From: Pseudomonadota bacterium
GTDB taxonomy: Bacteria > Pseudomonadota > Gammaproteobacteria > Burkholderiales > JBEEJL01
Length of the DNA: 64,000 bases
Assembly (NCBI GenBank): GCA_043744215.1
Contig: JAYTVC010000014.1
Location: 16,932-80,931, forward strand
Direction: 5' to 3'
The notes beneath the pieces were generated by a model. The model was not told the origin of the DNA, did no database searches, and saw only the letters and a list, made by a program, of their open reading frames with translations. Numbering within the stretch: position 1 is the stretch's first letter; each line of letters opens with the position of its first letter. Both the position numbers and the translations under genes were made by a program. Positions 30,870 through 41,804 of this stretch are shown here, piece after piece.

Positions 30870-31781
30870 ATGACTACGCCAAACATTTATGGTGGCCGCT
30901 TCGCTCCCTCTCCAACCGGCCCGCTGCATTTCGGCTCGCTCGTTGCCGCCGTTGGCAGTTATCTTGATGCCAAAGCCCATGGCGGCCAGTGGCGGGTGCG
31001 CATGGAAGACCTGGACACGCCACGCAACATGCCCGGCGCAGCCGATGGCATTTTGCGTGCGCTGGAAAAATTCGGCTTCGCATGGGATGGCGACGTGGTC
31101 TATCAAAGTGAACGCATTCAGTTGTATGAAGCTGCGTTGCAGAGTCTGCGCGAAAAAAAACTTGTCTATCCTTGTGCATGCACACGAAAAGAAATCGCCG
31201 ACTCGTCTATCCTCGGCATAAATGGACCCGTGTATCCGGGCACCTGTCGCCATGCCTTGCCCGCAGGCCGCGAAGCGCGTGCGTGGCGCGTATGCGCTGA
31301 CAAAAAAATGATAATATTCAATGACTTACATTATGGCGATATTTCGCAAAATGTCGCCTCGCAAGTCGGCGATTTTGTATTGCTGCGTGCCGATGGCCGC
31401 GTAGCTTATCAACTCGCTGTTGTCGTGGACGATGCCGAACAAAAAATTTCCCATGTTGTTCGCGGCGCGGATTTACTCGGCTCGGCTCCGCGACAAATAT
31501 ATTTGCAGCAGCTTCTCGGTTACGCGACGCCGCACTATTTGCATCTGCCCGTCGCCGTGAACGAGCGTGGCGAAAAACTCAGCAAGCAAACGTTGGCAGC
31601 ACCGTTAGACGCAGACAACCCGCTGCCAAATCTGCGCGCCGCGCTGAACTTTCTTGGCCAGCGGCTGCCCGACAAGTCGCACAACCTGTGCGAAACGTGG
31701 GAATGGGCGATCAGGCACTGGTCGCGGGAAAGCATTCCGCGCGTCGACACCTCAGTGCCCAATATACGCATTTCGTCGTAA
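30870..31781 (+). CDS. gluQ: tRNA glutamyl-Q(34) synthetase GluQRS
   Basis: 303 aa, a truncated GluRS-like protein. GRFAPSPTGPLHFGS, plus KLSKQ. Confidence 0.88.
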   Translation: MTTPNIYGGRFAPSPTGPLHFGSLVAAVGSYLDAKAHGGQWRVRMEDLDTPRNMPGAADGILRALEKFGFAWDGDVVYQSERIQLYEAALQSLREKKLVYPCACTRKEIADSSILGINGPVYPGTCRHALPAGREARAWRVCADKKMIIFNDLHYGDISQNVASQVGDFVLLRADGRVAYQLAVVVDDAEQKISHVVRGADLLGSAPRQIYLQQLLGYATPHYLHLPVAVNERGEKLSKQTLAAPLDADNPLPNLRAALNFLGQRLPDKSHNLCETWEWAIRHWSRESIPRVDTSVPNIRISS

Positions 31782-31868
31782 AATATAGGCATTCCGTCGC
31801 GCGGCCGTAGCGCGTTGCGAGCGTAACAGACAAACTTTCAACTTCACCCATTCAACATTCCCCACGCC

Positions 31869-33068
31869 ATGAACTCAAACACCAGCAGCTATGGCCCTCC
31901 CAAACCCCGTCGCCTGCGCTGGATTGTGTCGATCATAGTGCTCGCGCTGGTGTTCGGTGCCGGCGGTTTCTGGGCGATGAAAAACAAAAAATCTACGGCC
32001 GTCGCAGAAGCGAAGCCCGCCGACAAACCGTTGGTGATGGAATTGGCCGCGAACGATGTGGCCACCGTCGTCAGCCGCGAATTGCGCGCCAGCTTGTCGT
32101 TGTCGGGCACGCTCATGCCGCTGAACCAGACCACGGTGAAATCCAAAGTCGCTGCCGAAGTGCGCGAAATTCTGGTGCAAGAGGGAAATAAAATATCCAA
32201 GGGACAAATCATTGCGCGGCTTGATGTGGCCGACCTGCGTGCGCGGCTCGCCTCGCAGCAAGCGTCGGTCGATGAGGTGCGCGCGCGCGTATCGCTGGCG
32301 GAAAAAAACCGCGAAACCAATCTAGCGCTGCTGAAACAAAATTTTATTTCGCAAAATGCTTTCGACAGCATCGCCAGCAACGTCGATGTGAGCCAAGCAT
32401 CATTGCGCGCCGCGCAGGCACAACTGGAAATCGCCAAGCGCGCCATGGACGACGCGGTAGTGCGCGCACCGATGGACGGCATCGTGAGCAAACGGTTTGT
32501 GCAGCCAGGCGAAAAAATTAATTTTGATTCGCCCATCGCCACCCTTGTCGATCTTGCCAGGTTGGAACTGGAAGCGCCGGTACCCGCGAGCGAAATCCCT
32601 CGCGTGAAAATTGGGCAGGAAGTGGCGTTCAACGTCGATGGTTTTAACGGCCGCAACTTTATCGGTGAAGTGGAACGCATTAACCCGGCGGCAGAAAGCG
32701 GCTCGCGTTCGATCATCGTGTATGTGGCGGTGAACAACACCGACAACGCACTCAAGGGCGGTATGTTCGCCAAGGGCAATATCACCATCGACAAAACCGC
32801 GGCAGTGCCGCTGGTGCCGCTGAGCGCATTGCGCCAGGAAAAAGACCATATCGTTGTGCATCAAATCGTCGATGGCAAAATTGTTGCGCAACCGGTGACG
32901 CTGGGTTTGCGCAACGAAGACGAAGGCGTGGCGGAAATCAAATCCGGCCTCGCCGAGGGCGCGCAAATCATCGCGGTGAAACTCGATAGCGTTAAAGTTG
33001 GCACCGCCGTGACCACGGCGAAAACCGCCATGGATGCGGAAACGAAACCGGCTGCGATGAAAAATTGA
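31869..33068 (+). CDS. RND efflux periplasmic adaptor (membrane fusion protein)
   Basis: 399 aa with an N-terminal TM anchor and an HlyD-family coiled-coil hairpin. Confidence 0.85.
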   Translation: MNSNTSSYGPPKPRRLRWIVSIIVLALVFGAGGFWAMKNKKSTAVAEAKPADKPLVMELAANDVATVVSRELRASLSLSGTLMPLNQTTVKSKVAAEVREILVQEGNKISKGQIIARLDVADLRARLASQQASVDEVRARVSLAEKNRETNLALLKQNFISQNAFDSIASNVDVSQASLRAAQAQLEIAKRAMDDAVVRAPMDGIVSKRFVQPGEKINFDSPIATLVDLARLELEAPVPASEIPRVKIGQEVAFNVDGFNGRNFIGEVERINPAAESGSRSIIVYVAVNNTDNALKGGMFAKGNITIDKTAAVPLVPLSALRQEKDHIVVHQIVDGKIVAQPVTLGLRNEDEGVAEIKSGLAEGAQIIAVKLDSVKVGTAVTTAKTAMDAETKPAAMKN

Positions 33069-33083
33069 CGTTTGGGAATGATT

Positions 33084-33111
33084 AAAATATTCATTATAAT
33101 CAAATAGTTAC
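33084..33111 (+). repeat. AT-rich IHF-core motif (copy f)
   Basis: AAAATATTCATTATAATCAAATAGTTAC, between the adaptor and permease genes. Confidence 0.75.
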
Positions 33112-33213
33112 GTTAATAGCTTTCACGCCCGCGCAAGCGGCAATGACGGCGACATTAAACGGCGGCAACATGCATAGCGCCGATCTGCGCGGCAAACAGC
33201 AGGAATAATCACT

Positions 33214-36200
33214 ATGTGGATCACCCAAGTCAGCATCAAGCATCCCGTATTCGCCACGATGGTGATGGTGGCCCTGCTGGTGCTCGGTTTGTTTTCGTAT
33301 CAGCGCCTGCGCGTAGAAAACATGCCCGACGTAAGCTTTCCCGGCATTTACGTCGGCGTGCAATATCCCGGCGCTTCGCCCGATGCAGTGGAAAACGATC
33401 TGACCAAGCCGATTGAAAATGCGCTCAACACCATCAACGGTGTCAAGACCATTTTCTCCAGCTCCTTCGAGGGCCGCACGGAAGTGAACGCGATTTTCCG
33501 GCTTGAAGCGAACATGGATCGCAGCGTGCAGGAAGTGCGCGACAAAATAGCCGGCATCCGCGCGGGGTTTCCCAAAGAGACGCGTGACCCGACCATTGTC
33601 CGCTGGGGCGGCGATAACCAGCAGCCGATATTGCAACTTGCAGCCACTTCCGACAGCCGCAGCTTGCGCGACCTCTCGACGTTGGTAGAACAAGTCATCG
33701 TGAAGCGGTTTCAGACCGTGGTCGGTGTCGGGCAAGTGCAAACCAGCGGCGGCATCGCCCGTGAAATCAGCATCCACCTCAAGCCGGCGCAAATGCTGGC
33801 GCAAAACATCGGTGTCGATCAGGTCATCACCGCCATTCAAAACGCAAACCAGGATTTGCCCGCTGGCAATATCAGCACGACTGCATCGGAACAGTTGGTG
33901 CGGGTCGAAGGGAAAATAAAAGAACCGAAAGGCTTCAACCGCATCATCGTCGCGCGACGCGCCAACGGCCCGGTGTATCTGGAACAAGTGGCGGAAGTAA
34001 TCGACGGCCAGAAGGAAGCAAGCTCTTATTCCCGCGTGAACGGCAAACCGTCGATCAATATTGGCGTGTTAAAAGTGCAAGACGCCAATATCGTCGAGAC
34101 AGGCGATGGCGCGAAACAAGTCATTGCCGACTTGAAAAAAGAATTGCCGCCGGATGTGGAACTCAAACTCATCCGCGCCAATGTCGATTCCATCAAAGGC
34201 TCGGTCGACCAAGTCAAAGAAACCATTCTGGAAGGCGGCTTGCTCACCATCTTCATCGTGTTCCTGTTTTTGCATTCATGGCGCAGCACGGTGATCACCG
34301 GGCTCACGTTGCCCATCGCGGTGATTGCCACATTTATCGTGCTCTACATGTTCGGCTTTACGTTGAATTTCCTCACGCTGATGGCGCTGTCGCTGTGTAT
34401 CGGCTTGTTGATTGACGACGCCATTGTGGTGCGCGAAAACATTGTGCGCCATTTGGCGATGGGCAAAGACCACCTCACCGCCGCGCGGGAAGGCACCGAA
34501 GAAATCGGCCTCGCCGTGATGGCCACCACGTTTGCGATTGTCGCGGTGTTCGTTCCCGTGGCGTTTATGAGCGGTATTATCGGCCGCTTTTTTTACCAGT
34601 TCGGTATCACCGTGACGACGGCTGTGCTGGTGTCGTTGTTTGTCAGCTTCACGCTTGACCCGATGCTGTCAGCGCGCTGGCACGATCCGGTGGAAAACCG
34701 TTTCGGCCGCATAAAGTGGCTGGCGGCGATGATGGAACACATCGAACATCTGGTTGAATGGGTGCATCGCGTCTATGGCCGCCTGCTGGCGCGGGCACTG
34801 GCGTGGCGCAAAACCACGCTGCTTCTCGCGCTGGTTATTTTTCTCGGCAGTTTTGCCCTCGTTCCGCATATCGGCGGCGAAATGATGCCTCAGGTGGATA
34901 ACGGCGAGACCACGCTGAAAATCAACACGCCCGTCGGCTCCAGCCTCGAATACACCAATGCGAAAACACGGCAAGTGGAAAATATTTTGCGCGAGTTTCC
35001 TGAAGTGGATACGTTGAGTTCAGACGTGGGTACGGGTGATGGACGCAACTATGCCAACATCGACATCAAACTGGTCGATCGCAAAAAATCACCGCGCCGC
35101 GCCGCAAAAGAATTTGAAACTGCGATGCGCGAACGCTTGAAATCGGTGGCGGGCATCGAGACATCCGTCGGCTGGAACAGCCCAATCAATATTAATATTC
35201 TCGGGCCATCGCCCGAGCAATTAACCGGCATCACCGACGACATTATGAAAAAAATCGGTGCCGTCAAAGGCGTTACCGATCTTACCAATAGCCTGAAAGG
35301 GCAAAACCCCGCCATCAATGTCAAAGTGAATAACGAAGTCGCCAGCGATATGGGCATCTCGCTCACGCAAATCGGCGCGGCGTTGCGGCCATTTGTGGCA
35401 GGCGATGTGATCAGCCATTGGCTGGCAGCGGATGGACAGAATTACGATGTGAACGTGCAACTGCCCAAATCGGAGAGGCAAAAAACTTCCGACCTAGGCG
35501 ACTTGTATGTCACCAGCAGCAAACCCCAGGCTGACGGCACGCCACGCATGGTGCCGTTGCGGCAAGTGGTTGAATTCGTGCAGACCACCAACCCGCAAGT
35601 GATCAAACGCCAGGATTTGCAACGCCGTGTGCGCATTTACGCCGGCATTGAAGGTCGCCCTAACGGAGACGTAGGCGCAGAAGTAGATGAGATCGTAAAA
35701 AACATCACGCTGCCGCCAGGTTATAAGTTTGACAACAGCGGCGAATCAAAAGAAATGAAAGAAATGCTCGGATCGGCTGTCGCAGCAATGGGCATTGCCG
35801 TGATTTTCATTTATCTGATTCTCGCGTCGCAATTCGGCAGCTTTTTACAACCGCTTGCCATCATGATGTCTTTGCCGCTATCGCTGATCGGCGTGTTTCT
35901 CGCTTTGCTCATTAGCGGCAGCACGCTGAATATTTTTTCCGTTATCGGGTTCATTATGTTGATGGGGCTGGTGACCAAGAATGCCATTTTGCTCGTCGAT
36001 TTCACCAACCAGGGGCAGCGCGAAGGCAAAACGCAATATGATGCGATTCTTGCCGCAGGCCAGGTGCGGCTGCGACCCATTCTTATGACCACGCTCGCTA
36101 TGGTGTTCGGCATGTTGCCCATGGCCATCGGCTTTGGCGACGGTGGCGAAATCCAGGCACCCATGGGGCGTGCCGTCATCGGCGGCGTCATTACTTCCAC

Positions 36201-36318
36201 CCTGCTCACCTTGGTTGTCGTGCCCGTCACTTATTCTTACCTCGATAGTTTGGGCAAATGGTTTCTCTCCCGCATGGGCCGCAAGCGCCCCTCACCCGCT
36301 GGCCGCACTCCCGGCTAA
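33214..36318 (+). CDS. RND efflux transporter permease
   Basis: 1034 aa. N-terminus [25 protein letters not shown], with AcrB-family architecture. Confidence 0.9.
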   Translation: MWITQVSIKHPVFATMVMVALLVLGLFSYQRLRVENMPDVSFPGIYVGVQYPGASPDAVENDLTKPIENALNTINGVKTIFSSSFEGRTEVNAIFRLEANMDRSVQEVRDKIAGIRAGFPKETRDPTIVRWGGDNQQPILQLAATSDSRSLRDLSTLVEQVIVKRFQTVVGVGQVQTSGGIAREISIHLKPAQMLAQNIGVDQVITAIQNANQDLPAGNISTTASEQLVRVEGKIKEPKGFNRIIVARRANGPVYLEQVAEVIDGQKEASSYSRVNGKPSINIGVLKVQDANIVETGDGAKQVIADLKKELPPDVELKLIRANVDSIKGSVDQVKETILEGGLLTIFIVFLFLHSWRSTVITGLTLPIAVIATFIVLYMFGFTLNFLTLMALSLCIGLLIDDAIVVRENIVRHLAMGKDHLTAAREGTEEIGLAVMATTFAIVAVFVPVAFMSGIIGRFFYQFGITVTTAVLVSLFVSFTLDPMLSARWHDPVENRFGRIKWLAAMMEHIEHLVEWVHRVYGRLLARALAWRKTTLLLALVIFLGSFALVPHIGGEMMPQVDNGETTLKINTPVGSSLEYTNAKTRQVENILREFPEVDTLSSDVGTGDGRNYANIDIKLVDRKKSPRRAAKEFETAMRERLKSVAGIETSVGWNSPININILGPSPEQLTGITDDIMKKIGAVKGVTDLTNSLKGQNPAINVKVNNEVASDMGISLTQIGAALRPFVAGDVISHWLAADGQNYDVNVQLPKSERQKTSDLGDLYVTSSKPQADGTPRMVPLRQVVEFVQTTNPQVIKRQDLQRRVRIYAGIEGRPNGDVGAEVDEIVKNITLPPGYKFDNSGESKEMKEMLGSAVAAMGIAVIFIYLILASQFGSFLQPLAIMMSLPLSLIGVFLALLISGSTLNIFSVIGFIMLMGLVTKNAILLVDFTNQGQREGKTQYDAILAAGQVRLRPILMTTLAMVFGMLPMAIGFGDGGEIQAPMGRAVIGGVITSTLLTLVVVPVTYSYLDSLGKWFLSRMGRKRPSPAGRTPG

Positions 36319-36463
36319 ATCTCAAATACGCCTGCCGACGCCGACTGAAGTTCTGCTTGGCGTATCCGCCTGATGCTGGAATAATGGTTCATTATCATCG
36401 GCTTCAGCCCGTTGAACCGGTGATTAACCAAACAAGTATAAGCAGCGACCACCACCCGCATCC

Positions 36464-39400
36464 ATGGCATTTGAAAAACCTACCGTGCCTTCTTTGTCAC
36501 CGCGCTTATCGGGTGTGATGCCCTATTTGCCGCTGGCACTGGCGGCGCTGGCAGGTCTGATGATGACGATGCTGGCTTTTTTTATGGTGCGCGATTGGGA
36601 AAGCGAGCGGGCCCGTCACAGCTTTCAAGAGGCGGCATCGCAGCGCATCCGCGCAGCGCAGGATAATCTCAAAGGCGCGATTGAAGACGTAGAAAGCCTG
36701 CGGGATTTTTTGACGGCGACGCGATTCGAGGCCGGTCACGACGAGTTGCGCGCCTACGTCACGCCGGCCCTTGAGCGCCACCAATGGGTACGCGCGATGA
36801 GCTGGAACAAATGGGTAACCGATGCTGAGCGCCCGCGCTTTGAACTGGCAATGCAAACTTACGCGCCGGGGTTTCGCATTACCGAGCGCAATACCGAAGG
36901 AAAATTGATCGACGCTGGGCAACGCGCCGAATATGTAGCAGTCGCGCAAATCGAGCCGCGCGACGGCAATGAGACAGCTTTGGGCTACGATATTTTTTCT
37001 GACCCTGCACGGCGCGAAGCCATCATGCAAGCGCGCGACAGCGGGCGCACCCTCGCCACTGGCCGCATCAAACTCTTGCAAGAAACAAATCCAGACCAAT
37101 ACGGCTTTCTGATTTTCAGCCCCTTATATAAACAGGGCGCTGCTGAAGATTCACTGGCAAAAAAATATGTCGGCCTTGCCGTCGGCGTGATTCGCGCGGC
37201 TGATATTGTGGCAAGCGCTGGCAACGGCCCGGCGCAAAATATTGAATTGCAGTTTCTCGACCGCTCGGAGCCCGCTGGCCAACAATCTTTGGTGGCGACC
37301 CAGTCCGGCATCCAGCTCAACACGGATAATACATTGCGCGTCGAACAACCGCTGAATATCGCCGGGCGCGATTGGCGTATCGTGGCACAGCCCACCGACG
37401 ACCACTACACCACTAACGCGGGTTGGCTGGCCTACTCGAGCCTGCTGCTCGGCATGCTGTTTACTGTCCTCTTCAGTATGGTGACCCAACGTTCATTCGC
37501 GTTGCTACGGGCCAACGATAAACTCTCGAACGAAATTACCGAACGCAAATCGGCAGAACAAGCCCTGCGCGACAGCGAAAACCAGATGCGCCTGGTCACC
37601 AATGCCGTGCCAGCCATGATCGCCTATGTCGATACGCAACTGGTTGTGCGCTTTCATAACCGGGCATTTAACGAATGGGTGGACAAGCCCGGACAAAACC
37701 TTGTGGGCCAGCCCTTGAGCGAAGTGTTAAAACAGGAAATGCGTGGCTCGGGCAAAATCCGTGTTGATGCGGCATTACGCGGTGAGCGACAGGATTATGA
37801 GCGCACCTATTTATTTGAAGACCGCGAGCCCATACACACCCTGATCAACCTGATACCCCATCTGGATGAAAATAAAAAAGTGATTGGCGTTTTTTCGTTG
37901 GCGACCGACATCACCGCGCGCAAAAAAATGGAAGATGATCTCGCGGCTGAAAAAGAACGCGCGCAGGTAACACTGGCATCCATCGGCGAAGGCGTAGTGA
38001 CGGCAGATGCGAACGGCAAATTGCTCTACATCAACCCGGTCGCGGAAGAATTGATCGGTTTAACACTGGCCGAAGTCCAAAACAAACCGGTCAACGAAGT
38101 TTTCAGTTTTGTCAGTGAAGCGGAACGCGAGCCGATTGAAAACCCGCTGCTGCGTTGCATCCGCGAACGGCAAGTGGTCGGCCTCGATAACCAATCGGTG
38201 CTGGTGCGCCGCGACGGCACGGAGTATCCAATTGACGATTCTGCAGCACCCATTTTGGACCGCAACGGCAACACGCTGGGCGCAGTACTGGTGTTCAGCG
38301 ACGTTTCGCAACAGCGTTTCCTGTCGCGCCAATTGACCCATCAGGCGTCGCACGATCCGCTTACCGGCCTCATCAACCGGCGTGAATTTGAAGAGCGCTT
38401 GCAGCGCATGATTGCCGACGCGCGCAAAAACAACACGCATCATGTGTTGTGCTTCATGGACCTCGACCAATTCAAGGTCGTTAACGACACCTGCGGCCAC
38501 GTTGCCGGCGACGCGCTGCTGCGTCAAATCAGCGCCGCGTTCGAACGCGAATTACGTCAGAGCGACACCTTGGCTCGCTTGGGCGGCGACGAATTCGGTG
38601 TGTTGCTGGAACATTGTCCGCTCGAGCAGGCGATGCCCATCGCCAACCAGTTACTGATGGCCGCGCGTGATTTGCGCTTCTCATGGGATGGCCGTGTATT
38701 CCCCATCGGCGTCAGCATCGGCTTGCTCGCCATCAGCACAGAAACCGATTCGCACAGCGAAGCAATGCGCGCCGCCGACGCGGCCTGTTATGTAGCAAAA
38801 GACCGCGGCCGTAATCGTGTGCAAGTGTTCCAGCCTGACGACTCGCTGCTGGCACGCCGCAGCGGAGATATGCAGTGGTTTTCGCGCATAGGCCAGGCAC
38901 TGGAAGAAAATCTTTTTGTCTTGTACGGGCAACCCATCCGGGCATTGTCCGGCGACGCGACCGACGATGCATACGCCGAAGTGCTGGTGCGCATGCAAGG
39001 CCAGGATGGTCAACTCATTGCGCCGGGCGCGTTCATTCCCGCGGCCGAACGTTATAACCTGATGCCGCAACTGGACCGCTGGGTAGTGAGCAACGCGGTG
39101 GCGTGGTATGCGCAGCAACTGCACAGCAAGCATGGCGCAAAAAATTTGCCGACGCTGGGCATCAATCTTTCCGGTGCCAGCGTGAGCGACCTGGGTTTTC
39201 TTGATTTTGTGCGCACCACACTCAAGGCGCGTGATGTGCCCGCGCGAGCGCTGTGTTTTGAGATTACCGAAACCGCCGCCATCACCCATCTCAAACGCGC
39301 CGTGCGCTTTATGAGCGAACTGCGCGAAACCGGCTGCCGCTTTGCGCTGGACGATTTCGGCAGCGGCATGTCATCCTTCGCCTATCTCAAAAACCTGCCG

Positions 39401-39652
39401 GTGGATTTCATCAAAATCGACGGTAACTTCGTGCGTGACATGCACGAAGATGTCGTCGATCTGGCGATGACCGAAGCCATCAACCGCATCGGCCATGTGA
39501 TGAATATTCCTACCATCGCCGAATCGGTTGAGAACCAGGTCACGCTGGAAATTCTGCAAGAACTCGGCGTTAATTACGCGCAGGGCTTCCACATCGCGCG
39601 ACCGATGTTGCTGGATGAATTGCTGATCGTACCCGCCTCTGCTGTGGCCTAG
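36464..39652 (+). CDS. CHASE-PAS-PAS-GGDEF-EAL signalling protein (c-di-GMP turnover)
   Basis: 1062 aa with a periplasmic CHASE-like domain between two TM segments, RLGGDEFGVLL (GGDEF), and an EAL domain (FEITET...DDFGSG). Confidence 0.88.
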   Translation: MAFEKPTVPSLSPRLSGVMPYLPLALAALAGLMMTMLAFFMVRDWESERARHSFQEAASQRIRAAQDNLKGAIEDVESLRDFLTATRFEAGHDELRAYVTPALERHQWVRAMSWNKWVTDAERPRFELAMQTYAPGFRITERNTEGKLIDAGQRAEYVAVAQIEPRDGNETALGYDIFSDPARREAIMQARDSGRTLATGRIKLLQETNPDQYGFLIFSPLYKQGAAEDSLAKKYVGLAVGVIRAADIVASAGNGPAQNIELQFLDRSEPAGQQSLVATQSGIQLNTDNTLRVEQPLNIAGRDWRIVAQPTDDHYTTNAGWLAYSSLLLGMLFTVLFSMVTQRSFALLRANDKLSNEITERKSAEQALRDSENQMRLVTNAVPAMIAYVDTQLVVRFHNRAFNEWVDKPGQNLVGQPLSEVLKQEMRGSGKIRVDAALRGERQDYERTYLFEDREPIHTLINLIPHLDENKKVIGVFSLATDITARKKMEDDLAAEKERAQVTLASIGEGVVTADANGKLLYINPVAEELIGLTLAEVQNKPVNEVFSFVSEAEREPIENPLLRCIRERQVVGLDNQSVLVRRDGTEYPIDDSAAPILDRNGNTLGAVLVFSDVSQQRFLSRQLTHQASHDPLTGLINRREFEERLQRMIADARKNNTHHVLCFMDLDQFKVVNDTCGHVAGDALLRQISAAFERELRQSDTLARLGGDEFGVLLEHCPLEQAMPIANQLLMAARDLRFSWDGRVFPIGVSIGLLAISTETDSHSEAMRAADAACYVAKDRGRNRVQVFQPDDSLLARRSGDMQWFSRIGQALEENLFVLYGQPIRALSGDATDDAYAEVLVRMQGQDGQLIAPGAFIPAAERYNLMPQLDRWVVSNAVAWYAQQLHSKHGAKNLPTLGINLSGASVSDLGFLDFVRTTLKARDVPARALCFEITETAAITHLKRAVRFMSELRETGCRFALDDFGSGMSSFAYLKNLPVDFIKIDGNFVRDMHEDVVDLAMTEAINRIGHVMNIPTIAESVENQVTLEILQELGVNYAQGFHIARPMLLDELLIVPASAVA

Positions 39653-39725
39653 CCTGCAACCCCGCGCCCATTTCGTATCCAGCGCATCGTGTTATAGTCT
39701 TCGTTGATTATTATCAGTTTTATTC

Positions 39726-40622
39726 ATGCCATCCAAACCCGTTTCCGCTCCCGTTTCCCTCTGGCTGCAAGCCATGCCGTTATTATTTGTGCTGCTGTGG
39801 AGCACCGGTTTTATCGGTGGCCGCTATGGTTTGCCTTATGCGGAACCACTGACATTTTTATTTGTGCGCATGGTGATCGTTACCGCTCTACTGCTCGTCG
39901 TTGCGCTGGCAACGGGCGCGCCGTGGCCGCGCAGTTCAACCGATGTCCGCCACATCGCCATTGCCGGACTGCTGATTCATGCAGGATATTTGGGCGGCGT
40001 ATTCTGTGCGCTTAAAAATGGCGTGCCTGTCGGTCTGGTCGCGCTCATCACCAGTCTGCAGCCGATACTCACTGCCCTTGCTGCCGGCCCGCTTTTAGGC
40101 GAAAAAATTTCTTCGCGTCAATGGCTGGGCTTGCTGTTGGGGTTAATCGGCGTCGGCTTGGTAGTCGTGAGCAAGTTGCAGGCACAGCAAGCGCCCCATG
40201 CGCTCGGCATGGCACAAGCGGTATTCGCCTTGCTATCCATCACGGTCGGCACGCTGTATCAAAAGCGCCATGGCGGCGCGATGGATTTGCGCAGCGGCGG
40301 CGTCATCCAGTACGCCGCGTCGGGCATCGTGATCGGCCTGCTCGCGTATACGCTGGAAACGATGCATATCGATTGGACGCCGCAATTTGTTTTCGGCCTG
40401 TCATGGTTATGCATTGTGCTGTCGTTCGGCGCAATCAGTTTGTTACATCTGCTGATTCGTCGTGGCGAAGCGGCAAAAACGGCGAGCCTGTTTTATCTGG
40501 TGCCGCCCGTCACAGCTTTAATGGCGTTTGCGATGTTCGGCGAGACACTGGCAGCTTCGGCTATGATAGGTGTTTTGATTGCAGCGGCAGGCGTGTGGCT
40601 GGTGATGCGCAAGGCGACTTAG
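39726..40622 (+). CDS. EamA/DMT-family transporter
   Basis: 298 aa with 10 TM helices and duplicated EamA halves. Confidence 0.8.
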   Translation: MPSKPVSAPVSLWLQAMPLLFVLLWSTGFIGGRYGLPYAEPLTFLFVRMVIVTALLLVVALATGAPWPRSSTDVRHIAIAGLLIHAGYLGGVFCALKNGVPVGLVALITSLQPILTALAAGPLLGEKISSRQWLGLLLGLIGVGLVVVSKLQAQQAPHALGMAQAVFALLSITVGTLYQKRHGGAMDLRSGGVIQYAASGIVIGLLAYTLETMHIDWTPQFVFGLSWLCIVLSFGAISLLHLLIRRGEAAKTASLFYLVPPVTALMAFAMFGETLAASAMIGVLIAAAGVWLVMRKAT

Positions 40623-40638
40623 TGCTTTTTATAATGCA

Positions 40639-40666
40639 AAAATATTCAATATAATCAAATACTTAC
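40639..40666 (+). repeat. AT-rich IHF-core motif (copy g)
   Basis: AAAATATTCAATATAATCAAATACTTAC, 16 nt after the EamA stop and 30 nt before the next start. Confidence 0.75.
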
Positions 40667-40695
40667 ATAACTTCTCATTTTAGCGGAATACATTC

Positions 40696-41265
40696 ATGAC
40701 TACTCTCGTTGTGGTAAAAAAAGCCGGCTATGCAGTCATCGCGGGCGATTCGCTCACCACATTCGGCAGCCTTGAGCTATCGCCGAAATACGATCGTGCT
40801 TACGACAAAGTGTTGCACGCGCACGGCACTTATTTTGGCATCGCCGGCAGCGCCGCGCATCATCTGGTGATGGACAGCATTTTACAAAAAGGCGCGGACA
40901 TGAAATTCGGCAGCCGCGAACAGATTTTTGAAACCTTCCGCAAAATCCACCCGGTGCTGAAAGAAGAACATTTTCTCAACCCGAAAGAGGAAGAGGACGA
41001 CCCCTACGAATCGAGCCAACTCACATCGCTGATCGCGAACAAGGCCGGCATTTTCGCCGTCTATTCCATGCGCGAAGTGTTTGAGTTCGATAAATTCTGG
41101 TCCATCGGCTCGGGCCGCGAATTCGCCTTGGGTGCCATGTTCTCGCAATGGGATAAACTCAAAACTGCCGAAGAAATTGCCATTGCCGGCATAGAAGCCG
41201 GCTGCGAATTCGACAGCGGATCATGCCTGCCGATGACTTTATATAAAGTGAAGTTAAGCAAATAG
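40696..41265 (+). CDS. HslV-like Ntn-hydrolase (proteasome beta-type; BPH-like orphan)
   Basis: 189 aa. MTTLVVVKKAGYAVIAGDSLTTFG...GIAGSAAH...SIGSGREFALGA parallels HslV (TTIVSVRR..VVIAGDGQ.T.G...GFAGGTAD...IGSGG.YA..AA), with Thr directly after the Met. No hslU is adjacent. Confidence 0.65.
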   Translation: MTTLVVVKKAGYAVIAGDSLTTFGSLELSPKYDRAYDKVLHAHGTYFGIAGSAAHHLVMDSILQKGADMKFGSREQIFETFRKIHPVLKEEHFLNPKEEEDDPYESSQLTSLIANKAGIFAVYSMREVFEFDKFWSIGSGREFALGAMFSQWDKLKTAEEIAIAGIEAGCEFDSGSCLPMTLYKVKLSK

Positions 41266-41278
41266 CCGAGCCTGCGCT

Positions 41279-41668
41279 ATGGCGATGGATGAAACAAGCG
41301 AAGCCGTCCGCCTCGACAAATGGCTATGGGCTGCGCGCTTTTACAAAACCCGCGCCCTCGCGCTTGAAGCCGTCAACGGCGGCAAAGTCACGCTCAATGG
41401 CGAACGCGCCAAGCCGGCAAAGATGGTAAAGCACGGCGATCAACTCTCCATTCGGCAATCACCTTACGAACGCCATGTCGACGTGCGCGGCGTATCGCCG
41501 CAGCGTGGGCCCGCAAGCGTAGCGCAAATGCTTTATGCAGAATCAGCGGAAAGCATCGCCGCGCGTCTGGCACTCAGTGAACAAATCCGCGCCCAGCCCG
41601 AACCGATATTCAAAGGCCGCCCTACCAAAAAAGCGCGGCGACAGATTCATCGGTTTACGCAGGAGTAA
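41279..41668 (+). CDS. hslR: Ribosome-associated heat-shock protein Hsp15 (S4 domain)
   Basis: 129 aa. RLDKWLWAARFYKTRALA...V.GGKV.LNG is the Hsp15 signature. Confidence 0.85.
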   Translation: MAMDETSEAVRLDKWLWAARFYKTRALALEAVNGGKVTLNGERAKPAKMVKHGDQLSIRQSPYERHVDVRGVSPQRGPASVAQMLYAESAESIAARLALSEQIRAQPEPIFKGRPTKKARRQIHRFTQE

Positions 41669-41740
41669 TGGCAATCCGATCCGGTTTTGCTGATCGGTTT
41701 TGCTGAGCGGGCGCAAGTATTTTTTTGTTTTGGATGATTA

Positions 41741-41776
41741 AAAAAAACCGGAAGCTTTCGCTTCCGGCTTATTTAT
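41741..41776. terminator. Bidirectional intrinsic terminator
   Basis: A8-CCGGAAGC-tttc-GCTTCCGG-CTTATTTATTT between convergent genes. Confidence 0.8.
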
Positions 41777-41804
41777 TTCGCGGTATAAAACCCTGAGCTA
41801 ATGA

